Shown here: positions 39,238 to 49,432 of the stretch, one piece after another
How positions within the stretch are numbered: position 1 is the first letter of the stretch
Layout: each line of letters begins with the position of its first letter
From: a virus
Lineage: Duplodnaviria > Caudoviricetes
IMG/VR virus record: IMGVR_UViG_3300042402_005186
Location: 1-57,852 of that record
Reading direction: 5' to 3' (one strand)
DNA: 57,852 nucleotides
Translations under genes and position numbers: made by a program
The notes under the pieces: model-generated
Database searches by the model: none
Seen by the model: only the letters and a program-made list of their open reading frames with translations
What the model was told of the DNA's origin: nothing

Positions 39238-42200
39238 TAACTTTTTGAACGGTTGCACTCAAATTGTACCCATTAGACCTAAAGTTTGTAGTCGTTATGA
39301 TCGTATTCGCATTAATAGAATTTGCTATTGCAATCTCAGAATAAACGAGATTTGCAGTTACCGTAGTTGAAGTGACATTGATTGTGGTGTTCAGTATTGC
39401 AAAATTAGAGTTTGTTACCGATTGAATTTGTACTGTATTACCGGTCGACAAGTAAATTACATCACCTTCTTGTAAATCATTAATAAAGTTGACATTGTTT
39501 GCTATTCCAGTAAGAACATTTGAACCGGAAGTAACGTTTACCGTATTCTGTAGCGTTCGATGAACATTCGATAGAAGAATCGTATCTCCAACATTTACTT
39601 GTGCTAACAGATTTGCAGTTACATTAGTCGAAACTATCGTATTCGAATTGACTGCTATATTAAATGTATCCAGTAAACTTGTTATTGTTATGAAATTCGA
39701 AACATTTGTAGTATCTAAAACTTCAGAATGATCTACATTTCTAACAACGAAAGTTTTTGTTCCTATCGGGTGAACGAGATCGCCAAGAGGTTTCTTAAAG
39801 TCTGCATAATCAGTCTTTGTTTTTAGAACATAGGAGAAATTGTGATATTTTTCTCCGTCTTGCAGTTTTTTATCTGAACTTACTTGTCCGTCGGTATTCA
39901 AGTATATGCCTGGATAACGAATCAACCCGTTTTCGAATTTGGCGGTCGCTTTCGCATTTCCATCACCATAAGGGCTAAACGATGAAGCTAAAGCACTGAC
40001 TGCATTCAATTCTGTTTCACTATCATACAGAATTCTAGCCTGAAGGTTTATGGATCCAAGATAATCAAAAACTCTGAGCAATCCAGTCGTCGGATTATAA
40101 GAATCCACTGTTGCTTTAAATGTAAAGTTTGTATTTGATGCACCCTGATAAATTGATGAATTAGATACAAAAAGAGAACCCTCAGTAATATTATATGTAA
40201 CAATATCTGCATTTCTTAGAGAAACATTTGGTGCAGATACGTAGTCGTAACCATAACTTATGACTCGTATTGAAGATACTGCTCCAACTCGGGAAGTCGT
40301 AAGTGCATAAGATTCTCCGTCTCCTGTGATTTCCGAAACCGTTAAGTTAGCCCCAGTACCAGATGCAGACTGTACCGTAATAACAGGTAATGAATCTCTC
40401 GTATAACCTTCTCCGCCAATTACATAAGCATTAGATGAGTGATTGTTGATTGTGACCGAAACGATTGCTCCGCTTCCGTTAACATTCACATAACCGTTAG
40501 CTCCGTAACCACTACCTCCAGTAAATACTAAAATATCACCATCCGAATAATTCGAACCTCCAGTGTTTATCTTGATTGTTCCGATAGAACCAAGTTTATA
40601 TAAATCTCTTCGATTTATTTTGAAAACTCTAGCTACAACATCATTTGCGAAAGATTGACTGAAATACAAAGTGTTCGTATCTACAAATGACAATTCACGA
40701 ACTTCTTCACCAATCTGTGCACCAGATAATGATGAGAGATATACGATTCGAACATAATCACCGGCTTCAATTAATGACGGTAAATTGCCGGTTGAAGTCG
40801 CATTATTTGCTATGATTGAAGTGCCTTTTACAACGTTTACATTATTCAAAATTAAATCGTCATCAGATTCTTCATTATAAAAACTAAACGTTTCAACGAT
40901 AGGTTTACTTCTATATCCACCGCCCGAACCATCTAATGTGATAAAGGAAATAGGATGAACATTAATTGTTGCAAAAGAAGATATAGAATTTATTGTGCTA
41001 GATCTAATATTGGCTATCGTACCACCAGCTTTCATGATGGTGATATTATTTCCGGTTGCGGCAAAATTGCTTGTTACATTTAAAACAGTATCGCTCGTTA
41101 TAATAGTAACTTCGGCAAGATTGCTTCCGATATAAATTGCATCCCCCACTGACAAATTTGAAGTGAAATATGTTCCGCTACCACGCACAACATTTTCGGA
41201 AATACTAACATTCGCGGTTCCAGGTAAAGTAATATTAGACCCAGTAGATATTTCAGATACAAGAGTGCTCGATAAATTCATTACTCTGTAAATATCATCA
41301 TCTATCAAACTTATATTTGCTTTAGCTTCTTGTCCAAAAGAAACGCTTTCGAAACCACCCCGAAAATCTAATATAGAAGATTTGGGATAATCTAGAATAC
41401 TTCTAAATCCAAAACCTCCTTTTTCAACAACTATGTCTGTTATAGATCCTTTTGTCGTTTGCCCAACATAAGCAACGGCACCGATAGGATTTGGTGAGTC
41501 AGGATTTAATCCACCGACAATACTTAAAGGATCGCCATCATAGTTGTTTTCTGGTTCATAGCCTCGATAAAAGAGACCCCGATTATTTGGGTCGACTTTT
41601 ATTTCTGAAAGTGAACCGATCAATCGTCCTGATACTGTTACAGGTAATCCTGTAATCGAATCAATATAGGTTGCGGTTAAAGTTTCACCTGTTGCGAAAA
41701 GTCGTTCTACATTCGAGATATAAACTTCAATGTATGAAACACCTAATTGTCTATCAATTGAACGAATTACTTTTTCTACAATAGCAGTTGCTTTAGAGGT
41801 TTCGCCTTGAAGAAGACATTTCTCGATATTGAAGATGTTGTTATCATTCGTATCAATTCGAAGTGCTAAAGGAAGAACCCATTTACCATCAGAAGCAATT
41901 AATATTTCTTCTTTTGGATAATAAATTTCGATATCATCATTATAAAGTGCTTTAAAAAGAAACTTGACGGATTCTTGCGTTCCACTAGATTTATAAAAAC
42001 TTGTTATAAGTTTTAAAAATAATCGTTTATCTGCTACTACATTTTTAGGAAAATATGGTAACAAATCATTTCTTAACTTATCGATATAAAAAGAATCTGC
42101 TTCGTCAATATCATTCGCATCACGAAGAGCATCTATTTCGTAATGAGGATTATTGTTTAATTCAAGCCATTGATAATATTTTTCCAAAAAAGTGACAAAT

Positions 42201-42271
42201 AAAGGGTAGTCACTTCTAACAAACTCTGGAAGTTGTTTATTAACTGACGATGATAATTTAAAAGTATCCAT
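39233..42271 (-). CDS. gp7: Baseplate wedge initiator, gp7-like
   Basis: Motifs QLPEFVRSDYPLFVTFLEKYY, FYKSSGT..S..FLFK, LQDGEKYHNFSY and VHPIG. Lies between gp6 and gp8. Confidence 0.75.
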   Translation of the reverse strand: MDTFKLSSSVNKQLPEFVRSDYPLFVTFLEKYYQWLELNNNPHYEIDALRDANDIDEADSFYIDKLRNDLLPYFPKNVVADKRLFLKLITSFYKSSGTQESVKFLFKALYNDDIEIYYPKEEILIASDGKWVLPLALRIDTNDNNIFNIEKCLLQGETSKATAIVEKVIRSIDRQLGVSYIEVYISNVERLFATGETLTATYIDSITGLPVTVSGRLIGSLSEIKVDPNNRGLFYRGYEPENNYDGDPLSIVGGLNPDSPNPIGAVAYVGQTTKGSITDIVVEKGGFGFRSILDYPKSSILDFRGGFESVSFGQEAKANISLIDDDIYRVMNLSSTLVSEISTGSNITLPGTANVSISENVVRGSGTYFTSNLSVGDAIYIGSNLAEVTIITSDTVLNVTSNFAATGNNITIMKAGGTIANIRSSTINSISSFATINVHPISFITLDGSGGGYRSKPIVETFSFYNEESDDDLILNNVNVVKGTSIIANNATSTGNLPSLIEAGDYVRIVYLSSLSGAQIGEEVRELSFVDTNTLYFSQSFANDVVARVFKINRRDLYKLGSIGTIKINTGGSNYSDGDILVFTGGSGYGANGYVNVNGSGAIVSVTINNHSSNAYVIGGEGYTRDSLPVITVQSASGTGANLTVSEITGDGESYALTTSRVGAVSSIRVISYGYDYVSAPNVSLRNADIVTYNITEGSLFVSNSSIYQGASNTNFTFKATVDSYNPTTGLLRVFDYLGSINLQARILYDSETELNAVSALASSFSPYGDGNAKATAKFENGLIRYPGIYLNTDGQVSSDKKLQDGEKYHNFSYVLKTKTDYADFKKPLGDLVHPIGTKTFVVRNVDHSEVLDTTNVSNFITITSLLDTFNIAVNSNTIVSTNVTANLLAQVNVGDTILLSNVHRTLQNTVNVTSGSNVLTGIANNVNFINDLQEGDVIYLSTGNTVQIQSVTNSNFAILNTTINVTSTTVTANLVYSEIAIANSINANTIITTTNFRSNGYNLSATVQKVR

Positions 42272-44343
42272 TAAACTGTAACTGTCTTAACTGTTATGCT
42301 TGAAGAATCGTCTGCATCTAAAACTAACATATGATTCAATTTAGATTGAATGATATTTATTTTAGGTTTTATGTGAACCATAATATCACCGAAAGAATTG
42401 TTTACGGCAGTAGGATAAAAATCATTTATGTATATTTTACCTAGAACATAATCGATTGTTCCTGTGATACCGTTGTTTCGATTTCGATTAATTACCACTT
42501 TCGTGCTTTGACTGCTGATTGCATCTGTTTTGAAATATGAAATTCTTATTTGGCCATATCTTCCTTCTAATACTGCGGTTGCTGCGCCAAGATATCCGCC
42601 ACCACCTACAACTTGAATTGCTGCGGTAGTATAACCAACCCCAGGATTTGTTACTTCTATTTTAGAAAGTTTACCGTTAACTATTGTTGCTACCGCTGTT
42701 GCGCCTTCTCCATCACCGATAATGTTTATGGTTGGAGTAGAAGTATATCCATAGCCAGGATTTGTTACCGTCACAGCCTCAAGTCCAGTGAATGAAGAAG
42801 GTATTTCTTCAAAGAAACACTGCCTCGAAACTCCTTCTTCATCAACGACAGTGAAATCTGGTGATGAATAAAAGTTATCGTTCGTTGTTCCTCGCGCTAG
42901 TTCGAATCCATAATCTAAAACATAACTATCAGATTGACCGAGAACTGGTCTAAACTTCTTCGCAACAAATAATTCGACCTCATTTGAAACTATCGAATTA
43001 CTATATGAATCGATTGAGGTTTCAAGACCTGAGTATTTAAAATATGAATTGAATTTATTTAAATTAGTGTTGCAATAATTTAATATAACTGTGCGTATAG
43101 AATTCTTAAAATCTTCATTCGATTGAGTAGTTTTAGTCGCATCATAAAAAACAGTAGAAGTCACTTTAAGATAATTATAGTCTATGTCAATTATCTCAGG
43201 TGTAACCGTCAAAATACTAATCGGCTTCAGTACGGTTTCTCTTACAAAATCTTTTTCTGTTTGAGTAATTTCAAAACCCTGTTTAGGTTTAGCAGAAACA
43301 AAAACTTTTCCATATACTGGAGGGTCATTTTCTTCTCCACCCCAAACATTTACTGCTTCGAAGGTTGGATATTTTTGTTGAATTAAACGAATATAATCAT
43401 TCTTTGTCACCGCTCTATTTTGTGATAACAATGAGAGTGGAGCAGCAAATTTAATTTGTTCAACGGTTTCTCTTATTGTTCCGCCAGATGCCGCTTTAAT
43501 CGGATTTACTGCAATCGAGGTAAATCCACCAATACTTGCTGTTGAAATGAAATTATTTGCTTGATTAGCTATATCAGAATTCGTAACAAGATATTCTAAA
43601 TTTACTACGCCTCCATCGGGTATTTTTTTACCAATAACATCATCCCCGAAATAAACTTCATAACGACCGTTTCTTCCTTCTTGTAAAAAATAAACTTTCG
43701 AATTCGCAGTGATATTTAAAATGTCTTCCGCTCTATCATAAACCTCAGTTTGAGTATTTGCAGTAGACTGTCTAACACTTACTCTTAAAGTAGAAGTATC
43801 CACTTTATCGGACGGAACGACGAATAACTGTTTTGGATTTGATGTATAACTATTTACATAACTGTAAGACGAAAACTGACCTTCATATATTTTTACATTA
43901 TTGAACGTATAAGTCGTTCCAACTTTTGTTGCAGAATATGCATCAAGAGTTACGAAACGATAAGATACTCCGTCTATTTGTGAAGAAAGAAAAACATACC
44001 CTCTCGGTAAAGATAATGTGCCTGGAGAACTATTTCCCGTCTCAACAACAACTCGAATGATTGCGGTTGGCGCGGTCGAAGACCTTGGAACATATCCCAA
44101 CTTTTTAGCATGCGAAACTACAGAATTTCTAAGAACCGAACTATCTAAAAATGATTCGTTTGCTACCATATTTAAATAGTATGCATTATAGTGCGTATTA
44201 TATGCTAAAACATCGAGTAGAATATTTAAACCCGACCCCTCAAAATCATAATCTTGAAACTCACTTTGTTGTCTAAGAAAGTTTCTCAGATTTGTTTTAA
44301 TTGTATCGAAATCTAAATCTGTTACTGTTAAACGGTCAGCCAT
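42271..44343 (-). CDS. gp6: Baseplate wedge subunit
   Basis: Motifs LDFDTIKTNL, DYDFEGSGL, LAYNTHY and QNRAVTKNDY. Confidence 0.96.
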   Translation of the reverse strand: MADRLTVTDLDFDTIKTNLRNFLRQQSEFQDYDFEGSGLNILLDVLAYNTHYNAYYLNMVANESFLDSSVLRNSVVSHAKKLGYVPRSSTAPTAIIRVVVETGNSSPGTLSLPRGYVFLSSQIDGVSYRFVTLDAYSATKVGTTYTFNNVKIYEGQFSSYSYVNSYTSNPKQLFVVPSDKVDTSTLRVSVRQSTANTQTEVYDRAEDILNITANSKVYFLQEGRNGRYEVYFGDDVIGKKIPDGGVVNLEYLVTNSDIANQANNFISTASIGGFTSIAVNPIKAASGGTIRETVEQIKFAAPLSLLSQNRAVTKNDYIRLIQQKYPTFEAVNVWGGEENDPPVYGKVFVSAKPKQGFEITQTEKDFVRETVLKPISILTVTPEIIDIDYNYLKVTSTVFYDATKTTQSNEDFKNSIRTVILNYCNTNLNKFNSYFKYSGLETSIDSYSNSIVSNEVELFVAKKFRPVLGQSDSYVLDYGFELARGTTNDNFYSSPDFTVVDEEGVSRQCFFEEIPSSFTGLEAVTVTNPGYGYTSTPTINIIGDGEGATAVATIVNGKLSKIEVTNPGVGYTTAAIQVVGGGGYLGAATAVLEGRYGQIRISYFKTDAISSQSTKVVINRNRNNGITGTIDYVLGKIYINDFYPTAVNNSFGDIMVHIKPKINIIQSKLNHMLVLDADDSSSITVKTVTV

Positions 44344-44344
44344 G

Positions 44345-44749
44345 TTATCTGTCTCGTTCTAAAAAGAATTGTATTGTTACAGGATCGGACATATTCATAA
44401 TCAAAAAAGTCATACCAACAGAATAAGCATTTTCATCATAGTTCGGAGAAACGGACACTTCTTTAACAGAAACCCTAGGTTCAAAATTTTCTAAAACCTG
44501 ACGAATTTCTCTTTCGAGCAACGATGAGCTTATTCCATCCATTGGCTCAAATAGCATACGTTTTACATTTGAACCAATTTCTGGTCTAAACGGTCTTTCG
44601 TAATGATCTGTAAGAATTAAATTTTTTACAGAATTGATAACTGCCATCTCATCCACGTGCTTATTTACATCCTTTTTTACGGGATGTTTCGTGAATGACA
44701 AGTCCAAATCTTTATATGTTCTTGTTGTTTTTGCGACTATTGTTGCCAT
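44345..44749 (-). CDS. gp25: Baseplate wedge subunit
   Basis: Motifs YKDLDLSF, ERPFRPEIGS and FEPRV. Confidence 0.95.
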   Translation of the reverse strand: MATIVAKTTRTYKDLDLSFTKHPVKKDVNKHVDEMAVINSVKNLILTDHYERPFRPEIGSNVKRMLFEPMDGISSSLLEREIRQVLENFEPRVSVKEVSVSPNYDENAYSVGMTFLIMNMSDPVTIQFFLERDR

Positions 44750-44753
44750 TGTT

Positions 44754-44761
44754 TATTTATT
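44754..44761 (-). promoter_or_regulatory. Late promoter-like motif (AATAAATA) 4 nt upstream of the gp25 ATG
   Basis: nATAAATA overlapping the upstream stop. Confidence 0.5.
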
Positions 44762-45638
44762 ATGTGTTTGCCGAGATTTTATCGATATATTCTTGAGTAC
44801 CAACTAAATTCTTGATTAAATATTCTTGAGTTTGCCCAACATCTTCCAATCTAGTTACTTTATCGTAATCCTGTAATAATTCTAATCCTTCTCTATAATA
44901 AAACCAATCCGATTCTCTTCTACCCGCAATTAAAGTATTAGCAACATTTAGTGATTCAAGAATTGAATTAGCGACTGCTTGAGAAATATTTGATATGTTT
45001 CCGGTCGCTGGAGCGGGAGGATCCCCAACATAAATTGTTCCGGATCTTATAGTATTATTTGCAGTAGCAATATACGTAAAAATCGTATTGTTATTTGCTC
45101 GTATATCACTTTCAATAAACAAGCTTGTCATACTTCCTAAGGCTGGAGAAGCATCTAAAATACCATCTGTGGCATTTAAAAGCATCACCAAATCTTTTCC
45201 GAGAGCAATTGATTTATCATAATCTGGAAATTCTACGCTCGAATAAGTATCTTCGGTAACGGTGGCATCAGCCGATTGAATGCCAGAAATATTATCCGTA
45301 TGAGATTTGAATGCATCAATTTGAATAATTAAATTAGCAGCAACAGATATTATATTTGCACTTTGGACCATATTGTCATACTGGTCTATTCTAAGAAAAA
45401 CATTTTTTAAATTATAAACATTGGCTCGTAATTGATTCGATACGTTCAATACAGGATTTTTATAATAATTTCCAGATGTTGCTACATTAGAATTTGCTAA
45501 ATCAGATATTTGCCAATCTGTAAGAACTATAGGTTTTGTGTTTAAAAAATCTTTCGTATCTTGGCTTAAAACTATAGCATCGCCAAATTTAGTTTTGTCG
45601 AAATTAAAATTTAATCTAGAAGTGAATATGTTTGCCAT
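44760..45638 (-). CDS. Hypothetical protein (292 aa) between the spike gene and gp25
   Basis: Tightly packed ORF. No recognised motif. Confidence 0.75.
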   Translation of the reverse strand: MANIFTSRLNFNFDKTKFGDAIVLSQDTKDFLNTKPIVLTDWQISDLANSNVATSGNYYKNPVLNVSNQLRANVYNLKNVFLRIDQYDNMVQSANIISVAANLIIQIDAFKSHTDNISGIQSADATVTEDTYSSVEFPDYDKSIALGKDLVMLLNATDGILDASPALGSMTSLFIESDIRANNNTIFTYIATANNTIRSGTIYVGDPPAPATGNISNISQAVANSILESLNVANTLIAGRRESDWFYYREGLELLQDYDKVTRLEDVGQTQEYLIKNLVGTQEYIDKISANT

Positions 45639-45639
45639 T

Positions 45640-46470
45640 CTATATCATTTTTCTCAGGGGTGTTGATGAAATACCTTTTGGAACTTTATGAATATGCGAA
45701 TTGAATTGTAATCTCATCATCATCATTGTTCCCGTTGCATCTTTAACTATTGAACCATTGATTAAAGGGGAGTTTACGGATACCGCAGCATCTACAGTTA
45801 GAGGTCTTGCTATTGGTGACCCTACTGCCAAACCGCCAGATTCGGATACAAACCCGAGAGGTCCAGCAGTGACCTGTGTTCCACCATTGACTTTGGTAAT
45901 CGCAGTAACCATATCGGCAACTATAGATCCAGCAACTTGAAGATCGCTATCAATATAGACTAAATCGCCAGCACGAAGATTAATCGTTCCATCAGGAATC
46001 AATCCTTCTGGGTTTCCAGAATTCAGAGACATTTCAGAAAGTGAAGTTAGTGTAGTTTCACCTACAACAGTTTGCGTATAGTTTCCTCGAACTTCTTGAT
46101 AATAGTTACCATCAACTCTTTCGTACTTATCTCCCTTGACATGAACTACAGAATCTCCCTCAATCGTTATATTGCATACACCTTTTATTAAAACATTATT
46201 TGTTCCTGCGATAATATGATAGTTATCTTTAATAACTTTTGTTACCATATCACCATTTGATTGCATTTCGAAGAAAGTTCCTTTTCCTTCAGTCTTAGCA
46301 CCACCGTGCTGCAAACGAATTCTTTCACGACCTTTCGTATCATCGAGTTCGAATGAGTGTCCAGAAAGTGTTACTTTCGCATCATTGAACGGATACTGAG
46401 GTGGATTTTCTACACTTGCTTCGGATTCAGGCTCAGTCCACGAATAATCTTTATCAGGTTTTGTTGTCAT
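45640..46470 (-). CDS. gp5: Baseplate central spike, gp5 C-terminal (beta-helix) portion
   Basis: SGHSFELDDT..RERIRLQH motif, V.G-type beta-helix repeats and terminal HIH. Confidence 0.8.
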   Translation of the reverse strand: MTTKPDKDYSWTEPESEASVENPPQYPFNDAKVTLSGHSFELDDTKGRERIRLQHGGAKTEGKGTFFEMQSNGDMVTKVIKDNYHIIAGTNNVLIKGVCNITIEGDSVVHVKGDKYERVDGNYYQEVRGNYTQTVVGETTLTSLSEMSLNSGNPEGLIPDGTINLRAGDLVYIDSDLQVAGSIVADMVTAITKVNGGTQVTAGPLGFVSESGGLAVGSPIARPLTVDAAVSVNSPLINGSIVKDATGTMMMMRLQFNSHIHKVPKGISSTPLRKMI

Positions 46471-47474
46471 TATAGTTTAATTCCCTTTACGGAATTTACT
46501 GCTGATGTTGCTGCTGCATAAGTCGTTGCTGCGTTCGTAGCAGTTGAAAGAAGATTACCAGTTGTTTCGATTGCAGCGTCGAAAGTTTGTTTAACTTCTC
46601 CTGCGATTTGTGATATCGCACTTAGCGAACCGCCGCCAGGAGTAGACGATTTAAACAACTCAGCGAAACTTAAAGACAGGGCTCTTCTTAATTCAGCAAG
46701 GCAATCGGCTAAAAGTGCTATCAATTTTTGTGGAAGAGAAAGTATCCATTCAATCATTTGATTCACCTGTCGAATAAAATTATTAATTGCTTGCAGTCCT
46801 AGATTAACATCATTTAAAAACTTTCTTAGTCTTTTTGCTTCTCGTGCAACACTCTCCGCTATCTGTTTAAGTCTAGAAGAAACCCCATCTGGTTGAAAAC
46901 CCAAAGCATTCAAAATGGCTCTAATACCATTACGAATAAAAGTCATAAATTCGCTAAATTTGACTCTGATCCAACCAGCAGCATTTCTCATCGGTCCGGA
47001 TATGTCGCAAATATGAGTTCGTGTATTGTTGGCTACATTAACTGAAGTTCCCTCAACTTTTCCCCTCGCAAGAAAATTGACTGTAGATTCACCCTTGGTT
47101 TTTGTGAAAATATTTTTTGCGGTCACGGGCAACTTATCTATTTGTTCTTCAGTCAACTCTGCGGTAATATCTTCTCCATTCCAAATACCTTCAATCACGC
47201 CATATACTATAGGCTTCTGTCTATCTCTATCCGAAAAATAACCAATAACGATATCGGAAAGATTTATTCTTATACCAGAATTTGGATTAATAGGCTCAGC
47301 CCACGGTAAGTGTTCCGTTGGCAATTCGGTTACATTAAAAGAATGAAAACCAAAACAACGTACTCGAATTCTTCCCTTTTGGCTTGGGTCGAATACATCA
47401 ACAACTCTTCCAACAAACCATGTGTGCCAATTAAGTCCAGCAAAATTGGGATCTAAATTATTAGCAATGTACAT
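46470..47474 (-). CDS. gp5: Baseplate hub, gp5 N-terminal OB-fold portion with helical extension
   Basis: WFVGRVVDVFDP..KGRIRVRCFGFH...LPWA, the gp5 OB-domain signature. No lysozyme domain. Confidence 0.8.
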   Translation of the reverse strand: MYIANNLDPNFAGLNWHTWFVGRVVDVFDPSQKGRIRVRCFGFHSFNVTELPTEHLPWAEPINPNSGIRINLSDIVIGYFSDRDRQKPIVYGVIEGIWNGEDITAELTEEQIDKLPVTAKNIFTKTKGESTVNFLARGKVEGTSVNVANNTRTHICDISGPMRNAAGWIRVKFSEFMTFIRNGIRAILNALGFQPDGVSSRLKQIAESVAREAKRLRKFLNDVNLGLQAINNFIRQVNQMIEWILSLPQKLIALLADCLAELRRALSLSFAELFKSSTPGGGSLSAISQIAGEVKQTFDAAIETTGNLLSTATNAATTYAAATSAVNSVKGIKL

Positions 47475-47481
47475 TTTTATC

Positions 47482-48798
47482 TCAATAAATTTCTAATGAT
47501 TCGTTTTGTAAATTTGTACTCGTATAGACTGCATCTCGATTATTGGAGTCTGTTGCAACTTCAATAACGGTTTCATGTTTTTGATAATTTATAATATGTC
47601 TTGCTGCGATAATCAAATACTTACCACTTAAGGATTTATCTTCAATATTTTCCGATACTGCTTTCTCACCTCGTTTAGGCACAATTAGATTAGCTGTCAG
47701 TCCTGAAGTTAAATCGAAATTTCCAGGCATCACAGCACGAATTCTTTTTGACATTAAATTTCGGAATAACGCTTCTCTCTGAACGAGATAATTATAGTTG
47801 TCATCAGAAACATCTATCGAGTATGGATCTTTTTCTTTTGTCCACGAACTGGTTTGATCTAAGACATTCGTCGGTTGAAATACAACTTTCGCATCATATG
47901 CGGTTGTAATTTTACCAAGTTTATTTGTAATAAGTCCTATATTAGGCATTTTGTTTGCATGTTCACTGAGTTCGTAAGTATTAGAAAAATCTATATTTTT
48001 AACTACAAGTGATCTATTACTAGTATCAAATCCAATGTAACGAGATCCATAAACTCCAGAAGTGATATTCTTGTTTAAATCAAACTGTGAAACAACTTCG
48101 TAGTGTCTTGCGCCATACAATTCGAATCTATCATCTTTCAAATTTTTTGGTTGAAAATTAATAGTAAAAGATTCCTTCGAGCCTAATAATGTAGATGTGG
48201 TAACAAAATTATAACCAAACTTATTTTCAAAGAATAAAAAAGTCGGTGAATTTATATAATTAACTGCTCTTCTGCTGCAAAGATTTATTGCATCAAAAGG
48301 TGATAAGCTCGGAAAAACCATAATTCTATTTCCGAGTGATTGTTCAATCATACCAATCGAGGCATCTTCAATCTGCAAGTATTCTTTTAATATATTACTT
48401 ACCATTTTAGAGTAAGTATCTTTATACGATCTTCGCAACTTCAATAGTTGAGACAGAATAAATTCTTCAGAAATAAAATATAGCATGTAAGATTCTGAAG
48501 ACATATTAGCAGAGGTTCTAGGCCCCTGTTTATAAATTCGAAATGATTTCTTCAAAATGCCAGCATCAGAGGTTTTTCCCATTTCGATTACGATTGTTTC
48601 AGATCCGTCGAACGAAAGTTTGTCTGATAGCCCTATAGAATCAGAAATGATGACTGTTCCGTTCATACACGGATATAAAATACTATCGTAAATATTAATC
48701 TCTTCAAAAATTCCAGTGATATCAATCTCACCTATCTTAGAGACTATGCTTAATTTTTTAGTAGTATATTGTGTAGACTGAACAACTCTTTTATCCAT
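47482..48798 (-). CDS. Putative baseplate hub protein (gp27-like)
   Basis: Lies between gp53 and gp5, 438 aa. FLFFEN..GYNF and PGNFDLTSG...LSGKYLI...H are typical of hub proteins. Confidence 0.55.
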   Translation of the reverse strand: MDKRVVQSTQYTTKKLSIVSKIGEIDITGIFEEINIYDSILYPCMNGTVIISDSIGLSDKLSFDGSETIVIEMGKTSDAGILKKSFRIYKQGPRTSANMSSESYMLYFISEEFILSQLLKLRRSYKDTYSKMVSNILKEYLQIEDASIGMIEQSLGNRIMVFPSLSPFDAINLCSRRAVNYINSPTFLFFENKFGYNFVTTSTLLGSKESFTINFQPKNLKDDRFELYGARHYEVVSQFDLNKNITSGVYGSRYIGFDTSNRSLVVKNIDFSNTYELSEHANKMPNIGLITNKLGKITTAYDAKVVFQPTNVLDQTSSWTKEKDPYSIDVSDDNYNYLVQREALFRNLMSKRIRAVMPGNFDLTSGLTANLIVPKRGEKAVSENIEDKSLSGKYLIIAARHIINYQKHETVIEVATDSNNRDAVYTSTNLQNESLEIY

Positions 48799-49432
48799 CT
48801 TTCATAATCTCACGAAACTCGGTTTCTATAGGAGCGATATACTCAGATTTCAAAATCTTTATACTTCGTTTCTTTTCGTTCTCTTCAAGTTCATATTCGT
48901 AGTATGTTTTTGATTTTTTATTGATAGAAACAGTAATTGGATTTGAATCAGGTAAAATATAATTATTTGATGAAACAGATACATTAGAGTATGTATTAGC
49001 ATCGATCTGTATTTCGTCTACAGTCTTTTCACCACTTTCAGTAAGGGTTCTAGTTTCTATTAAATAATAAGAGTGAGTATTCGCTTTTGCCCATTGAATA
49101 CCTGTCTGACCGAAAGAAATTGCTACATTCGAATATTTCAAATTAATCGATTCTACTAATGAGGTATAGTCTAAAACCCAATCATTTTTAACATCATAAA
49201 CGTCATTCATTTTCAAAACTAACCAATGTTTTTCTGAAGATCCGTAAACTTTATGAGCAACTATTTCGGGCGTTTCCCCATCTTGAACATCATACTCATA
49301 ATAAAGAACTGAGTTATCTAATATATTTTTATCAAAAGAAAAGTTTATTGTCAGATTTGTAACAGAGTCTAAACTACTGGAATCACCTTGATTGTAAATA
49401 GTTTTGGGAAAATAATTAAAAAATTTTGCCAT
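48791..49432 (-). CDS. gp53: Baseplate wedge subunit (LysM-like)
   Basis: Motifs FFNYFP, DGETPEIVAHKVYG..HWLVL and YEYELEENEKKRSIKIL. Confidence 0.92.
   Translation of the reverse strand: MAKFFNYFPKTIYNQGDSSSLDSVTNLTINFSFDKNILDNSVLYYEYDVQDGETPEIVAHKVYGSSEKHWLVLKMNDVYDVKNDWVLDYTSLVESINLKYSNVAISFGQTGIQWAKANTHSYYLIETRTLTESGEKTVDEIQIDANTYSNVSVSSNNYILPDSNPITVSINKKSKTYYEYELEENEKKRSIKILKSEYIAPIETEFREIMKDG

Noticed and set aside
46468-46472. gp5 split as a pseudogene or frameshift error
   Set aside because: Both ORFs are long and coupled by TAATG, and the first has an extra ~150-aa tail, which fits two real genes.
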